Sequence record: MH746817.1
Origin: Achromobacter phage vB_Ade_ART
Reading direction: 5' to 3' (one strand)
DNA length: 32,000 nucleotides
Part shown: positions 8,842 through 17,592 of the stretch, piece after piece
How the letters are laid out: each line of letters starts with the position of its first letter
Position numbering within the stretch: position 1 is the stretch's first letter
Notes under the pieces: model-generated
What the model was told of the DNA's origin: nothing
The model's database searches: none
Seen by the model: only the letters and a program-made list of their open reading frames with translations
Translations under genes and position numbers: made by a program

Positions 8842-9147
8842 TCACGAAAGGAAAGTGGTATTGGTGACGGCGACTTCGTTTATCACGGTTAGATAAACAT
8901 TAGGCCGGCCGACGAGATGAGCTTGTAGCAGATCGCGGATTTTACACTTGGTATCACTCCACCCCGCTTTGTACCACGATTGAGTGCGATGTAGCACAAT
9001 CTCTCCGCAGATACCTCGCAACTTGTCCGGACTGTTAAAGTCCTCACAATTGATAATACTGATCATCGATTGAGGGATTCCATGTAGAACTGTATCACGG
9101 TAGTTCTTCGCATGCCAAATCGTTTGTGCCAAAATGAGGTGTTTCAT
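8842..9147 (-). CDS. hypothetical protein (101 aa)
   Basis: intact ORF directly downstream of the terminator hairpin; tightly packed. Confidence 0.55.
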   Translation of the reverse strand: MKHLILAQTIWHAKNYRDTVLHGIPQSMISIINCEDFNSPDKLRGICGEIVLHRTQSWYKAGWSDTKCKIRDLLQAHLVGRPNVYLTVINEVAVTNTTFLS

Positions 9148-9161
9148 GACTCGCCCCTAAC

Positions 9162-9185
9162 AAAAAAGGGAGGCCGAAGCCTCCC
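9162..9185 (-). terminator. intrinsic terminator (leftward) after folE
   Basis: read on the minus strand: GGGAGGC-TTCG-GCCTCCC-TTTTTT, perfect 7-bp stem with UUCG tetraloop and U-tract. Confidence 0.9.
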
Positions 9186-9203
9186 GGGTTCCGATGCCCT
9201 ATT

Positions 9204-9881
9204 TTAACGCGTCAGGGCCAGAAATTCCGCACGGGCCGACAAATCTTCCTTGATAACACCGCGCAAGGCAGTCGTCACCGTATGGTGCCCTTGCTGGCAG
9301 ATACCGCGAGATTCCATGCACATGTGGCGTGCCTTGATCCAGACGCCGACGCCCTTGGGGTTCAGATGTTCTTGCAGCGAATCGGCGATCTGCGTGGTCA
9401 ACCGTTCTTGGACCTGGAGTCGTCGGGCGAAGCAATCCACCAAACGGGAGAGCTTGGAGAGGCCGACGATCCGGCCATCAGGGATGTAAGCCACCGTGGC
9501 GACGCCGAAGATGGGGGCCATGTGATGTTCGCAATGCGAGTACACCGGGATATTGCAGACCGAAACCATTTCATCATAGCCGTTGGCTCCATCGTCGAAG
9601 ACCTTGAGAATTTCGGCCGGATTCTCGGCGTATCCCTTCGTCCAGAAGGCCCACGCCTTCGCCACGCGAGCCGGGGTCTCTTCCAAGCCCTGGCGGTCGG
9701 GATCGGGATCAAGATTGCCCAGGAGCTCGTGAATCACGCTGGCGAGGGGGCGACCCATACCGATCATCGGCGGGGGCTCGAAAGCGGGGACTTCCTTGGG
9801 CTCGTCGGCTTTGAACTCTTTTACCGAATAGCAATCAGAAACCGACGCGTTGGGGAAAGGCCAAGTTTTGGTACCGTCCAT
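9204..9881 (-). CDS. folE: GTP cyclohydrolase I
   Basis: SHCEHHMAPIFG, RLQVQERLTTQIAD, GVGVWIKARHMCMESRGI, hallmark FolE zinc/active-site motifs; ATG at 9881. Confidence 0.95.
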   Translation of the reverse strand: MDGTKTWPFPNASVSDCYSVKEFKADEPKEVPAFEPPPMIGMGRPLASVIHELLGNLDPDPDRQGLEETPARVAKAWAFWTKGYAENPAEILKVFDDGANGYDEMVSVCNIPVYSHCEHHMAPIFGVATVAYIPDGRIVGLSKLSRLVDCFARRLQVQERLTTQIADSLQEHLNPKGVGVWIKARHMCMESRGICQQGHHTVTTALRGVIKEDLSARAEFLALTR

Positions 9882-9885
9882 TTTG

Positions 9886-10332
9886 TTATTCCTTGTAGAT
9901 TGCCGAATTGCCGGCGTGCTCGAAAACTTCAACTTGAACCAGCTTGCAGCGCGGGCTGAATCCGGCATCGTAAAGCCACTGCTTCGTGACTTGGTAGACG
10001 TACTCGGCGAACTTCTCGCAACCGACTGAGGGAAGGACGATGATCTGAGCCAACCCGAGTTGCCCCATATACATCAGATCGCCGATGCGTGGATCATCTT
10101 CGGCCACCAGCAACTTGTGGTCAAAGTTCTCCTGCAGGATTCCCTTGAGCCCCTTGAGCCCGCCAAAGTCCACGCACCAATTGCGGGCGTCCAAGTCTTC
10201 ACATTCAAACGTGAACTTGAAGCCCAGGGCATACCCGTGGATGAACCGGCAATGCGATTCGGCACGCCATTGGCGAAAGGCTGCCGAGAGGCCTTGCTCG
10301 GGCCCGTAAGTTTTGGTTACTTGGTAGACCAC
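9886..10332 (-). CDS. queD: 6-carboxy-5,6,7,8-tetrahydropterin synthase (QueD-like)
   Basis: FRQWRAESHCRFIHGYALGFKFTFEC...WCVDFGGLKGLKGILQENFDHKLL; probable GTG start at 10332 overlapping queC stop. Confidence 0.85.
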   Translation of the reverse strand: MVYQVTKTYGPEQGLSAAFRQWRAESHCRFIHGYALGFKFTFECEDLDARNWCVDFGGLKGLKGILQENFDHKLLVAEDDPRIGDLMYMGQLGLAQIIVLPSVGCEKFAEYVYQVTKQWLYDAGFSPRCKLVQVEVFEHAGNSAIYKE

Positions 10333-11177
10333 AACGCCACCCCCTGGATTTGCAGATCGGCTTCGATCATTTGCGTGGCATGGCTTATGCACACCTCGCG
10401 GTAGTTCTTGGTCAAGGGGAGCGGCATCAGGCCCAGGCGCCAGGCTCGGATAACCAAGGGATCCGGCCAATCCGCTTCCTCGAACCCCTTGGCCCGCAGC
10501 AACGTGGCATGATCCTTCCCGGTCGGGGGGAACTGGCCATCATAGGACGTATGGGTGTAAGCCAACATCCCATAGCAACCCGGAAGCTCCATGGCCATTT
10601 CCACGGTTTCGGCTTTGGTCAGGTTCATCAACGGAGTGTAGAACTGCAACGCGTTCGGATCATTCAATCCGTCGTTGTAGCTACCCAGGGCCGTCGCTTC
10701 CTTTAGCGAATTGATGAACTTTTGACGGCAATCGGGATACCCGCCGAAATCTTCCTGGCAGACGCCGGTGACCACGACCTTGCAGCCCAGGGCGTAGGCT
10801 CGATTTGCGGCGATCGTCAGGAAAAGCTGGTTGCGCATCGGGACGAAAGTCTTTTCGATCCCGCCCGGCAGAACCTTGTGACTTTCATACTGTTCCAACG
10901 CGTTGCCGGAGACGAGCGGGCTGGTCGACTTGAGGATGTGGTCACCCAATTGGATGATTTCGTGACTGACCACTTTTTTGAAACCATTGACCGCGTAGGA
11001 AGCTTCGGTTTCGACCTTCGCGTTCCGGGCGATGTACTTGGCGGCGTCGATTTCCCGGCGATGGCGCTGACCATAGTCAAACGTGATCGCGTGAACTTCA
11101 TCGAACGCATGCAACGCCGCATACAGACAAGTGGTGGAATCCTGGCCACCGGATAGGACGACGAGAGCTTTGGTCAT
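10317..11177 (-). CDS. queC: 7-cyano-7-deazaguanine (preQ0) synthase-like, zinc cysteines substituted
   Basis: MTKALVVLSGGQDSTTCLYAAL (PP-loop SGGxDS), FVPMRNQLFLTIAA; ATG at 11177; C-terminal zinc motif replaced (THTSYDGQFPPTGKDHATLLRAKGF). Confidence 0.9.
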   Translation of the reverse strand: MTKALVVLSGGQDSTTCLYAALHAFDEVHAITFDYGQRHRREIDAAKYIARNAKVETEASYAVNGFKKVVSHEIIQLGDHILKSTSPLVSGNALEQYESHKVLPGGIEKTFVPMRNQLFLTIAANRAYALGCKVVVTGVCQEDFGGYPDCRQKFINSLKEATALGSYNDGLNDPNALQFYTPLMNLTKAETVEMAMELPGCYGMLAYTHTSYDGQFPPTGKDHATLLRAKGFEEADWPDPLVIRAWRLGLMPLPLTKNYREVCISHATQMIEADLQIQGVALWSTK

Positions 11178-11179
11178 GT

Positions 11180-11896
11180 TCACTCCAGATTGAAGATTTT
11201 GTGCATTTGCAGGCCTAGGCGGTAACCGTGCAACATGCAAGTTTGTGCGGCCGCTTTATAATTGGCGGCGTTACGCTCGGCGTCGTGATCGTCGACAGGG
11301 TTGACGTAAATTGGAGTTCCTTGACGTAGAGGGCGAGCCGGCCGACCAGGCAGGCCAAGAGCAGAAACAGGCAGGCCGTCGACAGGATCAACACCATCAG
11401 CCGCAAGCACATACTTATATGCAGATATATGCGGCTCAAGATCCTTGTTGACCTTTCCCGCTTTAGGCGAGCAAACAATTGTAAGGCGTTGGAGTCCATA
11501 AGGCAGACCCTCCCGATAGAGAGTACCATTAGTTTCGATCTGAACTCGCCACTTGCGACGAATCAACTCGGTCACGAGCGGGCCGATAGCTTGGCGGAAC
11601 GGCTCACCTCCAGTGATGACCACAAGAGGGGTCCCCCGTTTAGGCTCGTTGCATTGGGGGCGGCCCCATTTCCAATGTTTTTCCACCTCGAAAGGAATCA
11701 CATCATGATGCATCCGGATCGACCCTTGCGAGTACTCCGTATCGCATTTCGGGCAGGCGAGATTGCATCCACCCAGGCGGACGAATACCGACGGTTCGCC
11801 GGCAAACGGACCTTCACCTTGGATGGTATAGAATATGGAATGAACGAGCAACTCGGGCTCGCTTTCCGACTTGATGGGGATTTGCTTATTCAGCAT
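11180..11896 (-). CDS. queE: 7-carboxy-7-deazaguanine synthase (radical SAM)
   Basis: FYTIQGEGPFAGEPSVFVRLGGCNLACPKCDTEY (CxxxCxxC), VVITGGEPFRQ, QIETNGT. Confidence 0.93.
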   Translation of the reverse strand: MLNKQIPIKSESEPELLVHSIFYTIQGEGPFAGEPSVFVRLGGCNLACPKCDTEYSQGSIRMHHDVIPFEVEKHWKWGRPQCNEPKRGTPLVVITGGEPFRQAIGPLVTELIRRKWRVQIETNGTLYREGLPYGLQRLTIVCSPKAGKVNKDLEPHISAYKYVLAADGVDPVDGLPVSALGLPGRPARPLRQGTPIYVNPVDDHDAERNAANYKAAAQTCMLHGYRLGLQMHKIFNLE

Positions 11897-11980
11897 AGAG
11901 ACTACTCCGTACTAAGGGGTCAAGAAAAGGGGCCGAAACCCCTTTTCCTGGTGTACAGATGAACTGCCGGCGCCGGTGAC

Positions 11981-12421
11981 TTATTCGGCGGCTTCTTCCG
12001 TGGCTTCTTCGGCCGATGCTTCTTCTTCCTTCGCCTTGGCTTTTTCGGCGGCCTTGGCTTCCTTTTCGGCCTTCTTGGCGGCGGAGGCGGCTTGGCGCTC
12101 GTCCTTGGGGGTCACCAGGCCATTGTACTTGCGCCAGCGGCCGTACTGCGTGTGGATGGTGCCCAGCACCAGACCTTCCTTCTCGGCGACCTCGGTCACG
12201 GCGGCGCGCGTGGCGGGCTCACCGGTCTTGCCGGAGATTTCATCGGCGATTTCCCAGACGCGACGGGTGGCGCCACTGGAGGGACGCGAAACGCCGTTCT
12301 GCTCGTCCTTGGCCGGCTTGGGGGCTTTCTCGGGCTTGGGTTGCTTGGCCGCGCCGGCTTCGGTCTTCTTCGATTCGGTTTGCTCGGACGCCTTCGCGTC
12401 GGTCTTCTTCTTGGTCGCCAT
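11981..12421 (-). CDS. Lys/Glu/Ala-rich protein with central W-E-IAD domain
   Basis: ATG at 12421; MATKKKTDAKASEQTESKK...RRVWEIADEISGKTGEPATRAAVTEVAEKEGLVLGTIHTQYGRWRKYNGL...; charged tail. Confidence 0.75.
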   Translation of the reverse strand: MATKKKTDAKASEQTESKKTEAGAAKQPKPEKAPKPAKDEQNGVSRPSSGATRRVWEIADEISGKTGEPATRAAVTEVAEKEGLVLGTIHTQYGRWRKYNGLVTPKDERQAASAAKKAEKEAKAAEKAKAKEEEASAEEATEEAAE

Positions 12422-12473
12422 GTTGTGGGCTCCTTGGGGTTGGGTGTAAAAGGGTGTTCGGTGAAGAGACTTC

Positions 12474-12501
12474 ATTATACCTGAACGATTGTCAGGGTCA
12501 A
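12474..12501 (-). promoter_or_regulatory. sigma70-like promoter (leftward)
   Basis: minus strand TTGACC-N16-TATAAT (12501..12496 / 12479..12474), 53 nt upstream of ATG 12421; spacer includes CCTGA...TCAGG inverted repeat. Confidence 0.6.
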
Positions 12502-12527
12502 GCGGAATTTGATGGTTTAGTGTACCC

Positions 12528-12710
12528 TCAAATGTCGGGAAGAATTTTCCAGATGACGGCCACTCCACGCTCCCTGAAGTGCATAACCAGTACATCCATG
12601 TGATGAGTTATGTCATCCGACCGTTTGGTATTGAACTCCAAAACTTGGGAAGTGATAGCGTTTCCCACTTCTTGAGTGTAGACCGGCTCCATAGTGATTA
12701 GAACTTTCAT
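12528..12710 (-). CDS. hypothetical protein (60 aa)
   Basis: ATG at 12710; MKVLITMEPVYTQEVGNAITSQVLEFNTKRSDD. Confidence 0.5.
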   Translation of the reverse strand: MKVLITMEPVYTQEVGNAITSQVLEFNTKRSDDITHHMDVLVMHFRERGVAVIWKILPDI

Positions 12711-12711
12711 G

Positions 12712-13287
12712 TTAGAGCCCCTTCGATTTCTTCCACTTGGACCACTGAGTGGCCGCCGTGGCTTCGTGAATCCCACCGGCCACGCACGCTCGGATAACTT
12801 CGGCTCGTAGAACTTTGAGGTCGCCGGAACCAGTGGATAACAAACACCCTTCGGCAATCTCCCAAACCCTCCCCGTAGACCCCTTGGGGCTGGGGGCCGA
12901 TCCTTCCCCCTTGGAGGGCCGGGATTTCCGCTCTACGGGCTCGTGAGCGCCCCTCTCGGGCGGCTTCATCACCTCATTCCGCATGATTCCGGAAATGTAA
13001 TCAAGCCCTTCCTGATCGGGATCGACGACCGGTGCGTTTTCCACCCAATACTTGAGGTACGTGATCATCGTAGAATAATCCACACCTTCGGTCGGAATTT
13101 TCAAGGTCTTCAACAGCATCCTGAGTTCCAATTCCGAAAGCTGAGAAAACGACTTCCCCTCCCCACTATTCAGGACGCAGGTTGGCGTGTCCTTGAAATA
13201 GACCATTTCGATCTGAGCGGCGATCGTAGCCGTGCTCACGGTACCGATGACTCGAAGCTGATCTTTATCGACGATAGAATAAGGCAT
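12712..13287 (-). CDS. hypothetical protein with C-terminal WEIA domain shared with 11981..12421
   Basis: 191 aa; C-term GRVWEIAEGCLLSTGSGDLKVLRAEVIRACVAGGIHEATAATQWSKWKKSKGL. Confidence 0.7.
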   Translation of the reverse strand: MPYSIVDKDQLRVIGTVSTATIAAQIEMVYFKDTPTCVLNSGEGKSFSQLSELELRMLLKTLKIPTEGVDYSTMITYLKYWVENAPVVDPDQEGLDYISGIMRNEVMKPPERGAHEPVERKSRPSKGEGSAPSPKGSTGRVWEIAEGCLLSTGSGDLKVLRAEVIRACVAGGIHEATAATQWSKWKKSKGL

Positions 13288-13320
13288 TATTCCCTCCCGT
13301 TAGACATGACTCATTATAAG

Positions 13321-13536
13321 TCAAAACGGGATATCCATTTCCCATTCTTCGCAGCCGACAACAATTACGTCCGGGGGCGGAACGACCTTATATTTTGAAC
13401 AGCGCGGTTCAGCATTCCTGTTGATATTGGTTGACCAGTAAATGCAATTGGTGCATGTGGAAAGATTACCAGTTCGGATCAGGGATTGCTGAAACTCAAT
13501 TTTCAACGGTCGATAAGCCAACGTTTTCGTATTCAT
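13321..13536 (-). CDS. small Cys-containing protein
   Basis: internal ATG at 13536; STCTNCIYW...EPRCSKY...VVGCEEW, four Cys in putative zinc arrangement. Confidence 0.55.
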   Translation of the reverse strand: MNTKTLAYRPLKIEFQQSLIRTGNLSTCTNCIYWSTNINRNAEPRCSKYKVVPPPDVIVVGCEEWEMDIPF

Positions 13537-15205
13537 AATCTTGAACCTCCTTGTATTTATCCCCAACGGAAATGAGGACTTTAGTAGGAATCCGGAGCTT
13601 GTCGGTACCACCCGAAATGGCTTCTAGGACAGTCTTAGGTACTCCGTGGGGCCCGCATTGGGCCCGAACCATCCACCAGTTCAACGCCCGGGTCTTGGCC
13701 ATCCCGTGGGATTCCAAGTGAATCCATTCATAAAAACGACGGTGACCACATTGATAGGCTACTTGCAGGCTGGTGGGCTTCCCGTCCCGTCCAGGATGGG
13801 ATTTGTAAGACACTGAATCTACATCGAACCAAAAATTTTCAGTGGGCCTGAGCGGCTGGGCCACCTTGACTTTCTTGACCAGGGCTTTCCCACTCGTCTG
13901 ATCATTGAACTTTTCACGCCTGGGGAATACAAAATCGCAGACTTTGCATTGCGGGGCTGAGGCGTGATTGTAGGAGCCGCAGTTATCGCATACTCTAATA
14001 GGGGCTTCCCCTGGCCGCTTCCGCTCGCCGGGAATCTTCACGACCGGATCATTGATCGGGCCGAGTCGTTCCGAGTTCTTGGCGAAATCCAAGACCAAAC
14101 CATTTAGCTTGTGGCTGGCAGCAATGGCGTTGAGCCGGCCTTCCCGAGTAGTTAGGTCGAAGCCATCGGCATAGAACGGGCGAGTCAAGCGACCAATCAT
14201 CTGACCCCACAATGATGAGCGTTGAGTCAGCTTCATCATACCGATAAAGTCGAGCGCGGGATAGTCGAACCCTGTGGTTAGGATTCCATTATTGACCATC
14301 ACATGGTAATCCCCTCGGGTGAATCCCTCGACTCGCTTATCGCGTTCTTTGTCGCTCATCTTACTATGGACGAAAGTGACATTCACCCCATATGCATCGA
14401 AGATATCGGCGACGGCTTCCACCTGCTTGATCCCATTGACGAAAATCAAGCCGGCGTGACGGTTCTGCAGTTCATCCAGCATCGTGATGACGCACCGCTC
14501 GTTTAGGTCTTTCTGATTCGTCTTGGCTTCTACATCAGCTTGGTTGAATTCCCCGGCAGTTGTCCGTATCCCCTCAGTGCTATATTGGAACTTGGTTTTC
14601 TTGGCGATAGGTTCGACCAAGTATCCCTCTTCAAAGAACCAATTGTAGGTTTCAATATCACACATGTTCACGGCAGCACCATCGAACAGGGCGTTATCCC
14701 CCATCCAGAGCCAACCCTGACCCTCCCGCCATCCGGTAGCAGTTAAGCCAGTCACGACCATGTGAGGATTTACCTTGCGCAGTGCCGCGATGAACTTGCG
14801 GTACATCGTCTGATCTTTCGGACTGACTAAATGAGCCTCGTCAACGAAAAGAACGTCTATATGCCCGAATAGCTCCGGCACATTGTAGACGGTCTGGATT
14901 GAACCAACTGTGATAGGGTACCAGTATTCTTTCCGCTTGAGCCCTTCGCAATAGATACCAGCCGAAGCCTCGGGCCAATACTGCTTAAGTTTCTTGTAGT
15001 CTTGGTCAATCAATTCCTTGGCATGGGTCAAAACCATGACTCGAGTACCGGCCCAGCTTTTGATCAGGTTGGCCACAATCAAGGCGATGATGACCGACTT
15101 CCCTACCCCGGTCGGATAGAGTAGGAGAGGGTCACCTTTACCAGATTGACACCATTCCAACCAGGCTTCCCACCCATAGGCTTGGTAATCACGAGGATTG
15201 ATCAT
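13496..15205 (-). CDS. SF2 DEAD/DEAH-box helicase with C-terminal zinc ribbon
   Basis: LYPTGVGKSVI (Walker A), LFVDEAHLV (Walker B DEAH), GLTATG, GQMIGRLTRP; CDNCGSYNHASAPQCKVCDF. Confidence 0.93.
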   Translation of the reverse strand: MINPRDYQAYGWEAWLEWCQSGKGDPLLLYPTGVGKSVIIALIVANLIKSWAGTRVMVLTHAKELIDQDYKKLKQYWPEASAGIYCEGLKRKEYWYPITVGSIQTVYNVPELFGHIDVLFVDEAHLVSPKDQTMYRKFIAALRKVNPHMVVTGLTATGWREGQGWLWMGDNALFDGAAVNMCDIETYNWFFEEGYLVEPIAKKTKFQYSTEGIRTTAGEFNQADVEAKTNQKDLNERCVITMLDELQNRHAGLIFVNGIKQVEAVADIFDAYGVNVTFVHSKMSDKERDKRVEGFTRGDYHVMVNNGILTTGFDYPALDFIGMMKLTQRSSLWGQMIGRLTRPFYADGFDLTTREGRLNAIAASHKLNGLVLDFAKNSERLGPINDPVVKIPGERKRPGEAPIRVCDNCGSYNHASAPQCKVCDFVFPRREKFNDQTSGKALVKKVKVAQPLRPTENFWFDVDSVSYKSHPGRDGKPTSLQVAYQCGHRRFYEWIHLESHGMAKTRALNWWMVRAQCGPHGVPKTVLEAISGGTDKLRIPTKVLISVGDKYKEVQDYEYENVGLSTVEN

Positions 15206-16110
15206 AGGTCAGAATGAACGTTGTAGAATTCGCAACCGCGCTTCTGCGCTTCCTTATCCAAGACCTCCCCGCTGGCAGAGCAGACCCAGGTGCCGTTTTC
15301 CAGGGCCACCGATTCCGAGCAAGTCCGGCAATTCCGGGCCACTTCACCCTGCTGATAATGGCAACGCATCTTGTGGTCACAGAATCGGCATTCAAACGTA
15401 TCCGGGGCATCACTGAACCGTGGCGGGATGTTCCGCTGAAAAATGATCTTCTGGGAACGAGTTCTGAAATAGGTAGCTTCGGACTCACTCGGGGGGATCA
15501 ATTCCCCGTACAAAGTGTCATCGTTCTTGTTGACGGCCAGGTAGAGGGCTGCGTCCAAGTCCCAATAGTCAATGTATTGCACCATTTGAGCATAATGCTC
15601 GGGCTTGGACTTCTTGACTCCATTCGCCTGTAGCTTCTTAAACGATTTATCGTTGTGAGTTTTAAACTCAACCAGGCTCAGCATTTCGGGATCGGGGAGG
15701 TCGGGAATACCTACAGCCACTCCGTCGATTGCCGAACCATAATGGCCCCCGAACATTTCGATTCGGAATTGTCTCATATTCTCGTCAGACTGGTACAAAG
15801 TGATACCAGCCGCACGCAGCATAGCGACGAATCGTGCTTCCTCTAGGTGACCACGGTTGAATAGGCGGAGCATTCGGCCGCTGAACCAGGACTGGGTTAC
15901 CCATCGCCAGTTGTACCATAGGGATCGGGCGCAGGGCCTGCCGGAAGTCGAGACGCCGAAATGACTACGGAAATCGGGCGGCTTATTGTCGTAGGCGTCG
16001 GTCACTTCCATAATGACTTCACCTAACTTTTGCCGGTACAGAGCCCCTTGGTCTTTCTCAATCGCTTGATCAATCAGCTCTAGTGTTTTTTCTGCAAGGT
16101 AGATCGTCAT
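15202..16110 (-). CDS. PD-(D/E)XK (Cas4/RecB-like) exonuclease
   Basis: SAIDGVA...MLSLVEFKTHN...HYAQMVQYIDYWDLDAALYLAVNKND; ATGA overlap with helicase gene. Confidence 0.8.
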   Translation of the reverse strand: MTIYLAEKTLELIDQAIEKDQGALYRQKLGEVIMEVTDAYDNKPPDFRSHFGVSTSGRPCARSLWYNWRWVTQSWFSGRMLRLFNRGHLEEARFVAMLRAAGITLYQSDENMRQFRIEMFGGHYGSAIDGVAVGIPDLPDPEMLSLVEFKTHNDKSFKKLQANGVKKSKPEHYAQMVQYIDYWDLDAALYLAVNKNDDTLYGELIPPSESEATYFRTRSQKIIFQRNIPPRFSDAPDTFECRFCDHKMRCHYQQGEVARNCRTCSESVALENGTWVCSASGEVLDKEAQKRGCEFYNVHSDL

Positions 16111-16229
16111 AAGGGAGCCCGAGAGAAAGACGGCACCCGAAGGTGCCGCCAGATATATTTCCCTCGACTATTGGAAGCGGTCGAGGGCCGGAGTAGGTAG
16201 AACTTCTGTTATCCGTACCGGGTTTACGC

Positions 16230-16880
16230 TTACTTCTTGAGCCAGGGCGGCTTGTTGCCGGCCGGAGCCTTGGTTTCGGCGGCCGTTTCTTCCTTGGTCG
16301 TTTCTTCCTCGGCTTCTTCCTTCTTGGCCGGGGGCGACTTCTTGGCGCTGCCGAAAGCGGGTTTGCTGGGGGCGGACTTGGTCGGCGCCGACTTGGTCGT
16401 GGTGGGCTCGGGTTCTTCTTCGGGGACGTAATCGGTCACCGACTTGTAGTTGACGATCTGCGAACGGGCCGGGAACTTCTTCATTTCGCCGGTGTTTTCG
16501 TCTTCGACCTCGCGTTCTTCCTGGGTCTTGACCTTGATCATCATTTCCAGCCCGATCAGCTCGTTGAACGAGGTCATGGTCGGGAGGTCGATGGCTTCGA
16601 GAACCGAGTTCAGGCGACGGCGAGTCGCTTGCGCGGTCTTTTCGTTTTCCGCCCAAGGAAAGAACATCTCGAACAGGGCGGTACCCTTGTGAGCTCCTTC
16701 CGTGACTTCAAACTGCATGTTGACGTAGTAGCCGCCGGAGCCATCTTTTTGGGACTCCTTGCCTTCCAGGTCGACGAACTTGCCTTTGTACCAGCCGGCG
16801 GGAATGACGGCCCCGAACTCGGTCAGGCGTTCGTCACCGCGGTCATATTGGAACTCGATAACGGGGGTTTCTTTGGCCAT
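16230..16880 (-). CDS. DUF669-like ssDNA-binding protein
   Basis: ATG at 16880; AVIPAGWYKGKFVDLEGKESQKDGSGGYYVNMQFEVTEGAHKGTALFEMF; acidic/Pro-rich C-tail ending NKPPWLKK. Confidence 0.65.
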   Translation of the reverse strand: MAKETPVIEFQYDRGDERLTEFGAVIPAGWYKGKFVDLEGKESQKDGSGGYYVNMQFEVTEGAHKGTALFEMFFPWAENEKTAQATRRRLNSVLEAIDLPTMTSFNELIGLEMMIKVKTQEEREVEDENTGEMKKFPARSQIVNYKSVTDYVPEEEPEPTTTKSAPTKSAPSKPAFGSAKKSPPAKKEEAEEETTKEETAAETKAPAGNKPPWLKK

Positions 16881-16881
16881 T

Positions 16882-17577
16882 TTACAGGACTCCAGAGATT
16901 TTGTTGAGGATTTGCGCAAAGTCCGGTTGTTCAAAATCACCAAGGACACCGGATCGGTCCTTAGCTTGGTACTGCTGATCAGGTTGGCACTTGAGATAAT
17001 GGTGCCGTTCCTGGGTTTCTGGATCAACATAAACACCCGCATAGGCGAGAATGTCGAACAGATAAGGGGCGTCCTGCCCTAAGGCTTTGCCAGGGAAAGA
17101 CGGAGCGTATTGTTTTTGGCCGGTAACTTCGTCCTTGGTTTCGCCCAATTGAGCGACGAAGTATTTGTGGATTCCGGGCAGATCGCGGAACTTTTTCATC
17201 CAGTCGTGGCCCAATTCGGCGACCTCGAAATACGCCTTTCGGGGATCAGCCTTGTTGAGTTTTTTGGAGATGCCGAGCATGGTCTCGCAAATGTCGGTCA
17301 TCGAATCCAGAGCGACCGACTTGAACGTCCTACCCGCATCGCGGACGATTTCATCGTAGACTTCTTTCAAATCTTTGCCGTTCTGGATATAGGCGACAGG
17401 AATGCCTTTTCCCTTAAGGGTCAAGTTGCCGCGCTCAGAACTGATGATGATCGGCTGTGGCAACGTCCCGATCAAACGGGTTTTGCCTACCCCAGCCGGG
17501 CCGTATACCATCATATTCAGTCCGTCCATGTGGGCATCATCCACGTTCGACCATGTGACAGTCATTTCGTTCTCCAA
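16882..17577 (-). CDS. Sak4-like AAA/RecA-fold ATPase
   Basis: MMVYGPAGVGKTRLIGTLPQPIIISSERGNLTL; KSVALDSMTDI; adjacent to SSB-like gene. Confidence 0.8.
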   Translation of the reverse strand: MENEMTVTWSNVDDAHMDGLNMMVYGPAGVGKTRLIGTLPQPIIISSERGNLTLKGKGIPVAYIQNGKDLKEVYDEIVRDAGRTFKSVALDSMTDICETMLGISKKLNKADPRKAYFEVAELGHDWMKKFRDLPGIHKYFVAQLGETKDEVTGQKQYAPSFPGKALGQDAPYLFDILAYAGVYVDPETQERHHYLKCQPDQQYQAKDRSGVLGDFEQPDFAQILNKISGVL

Positions 17578-17592
17578 AGATAGGAGTCCATT

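Noticed and set aside
13496-15205. Restriction-type (type I/III R subunit) helicase as a defence system
   Set aside because: No methyltransferase or specificity subunit nearby; gene lies in a replication/recombination cluster
15202-16110. Cas4 as part of a CRISPR system
   Set aside because: Phage replication neighbours and ATGA coupling to an SF2 helicase point to a phage exonuclease; no other cas genes or arrays
16168-16656. 162-aa Arg-rich ORF on - strand
   Set aside because: Out-of-frame translation of the DUF669-like gene's low-complexity tail
17110-17583. 157-aa ORF on + strand
   Set aside because: Fully antisense to the Sak4-like ATPase, which has clear Walker motifs
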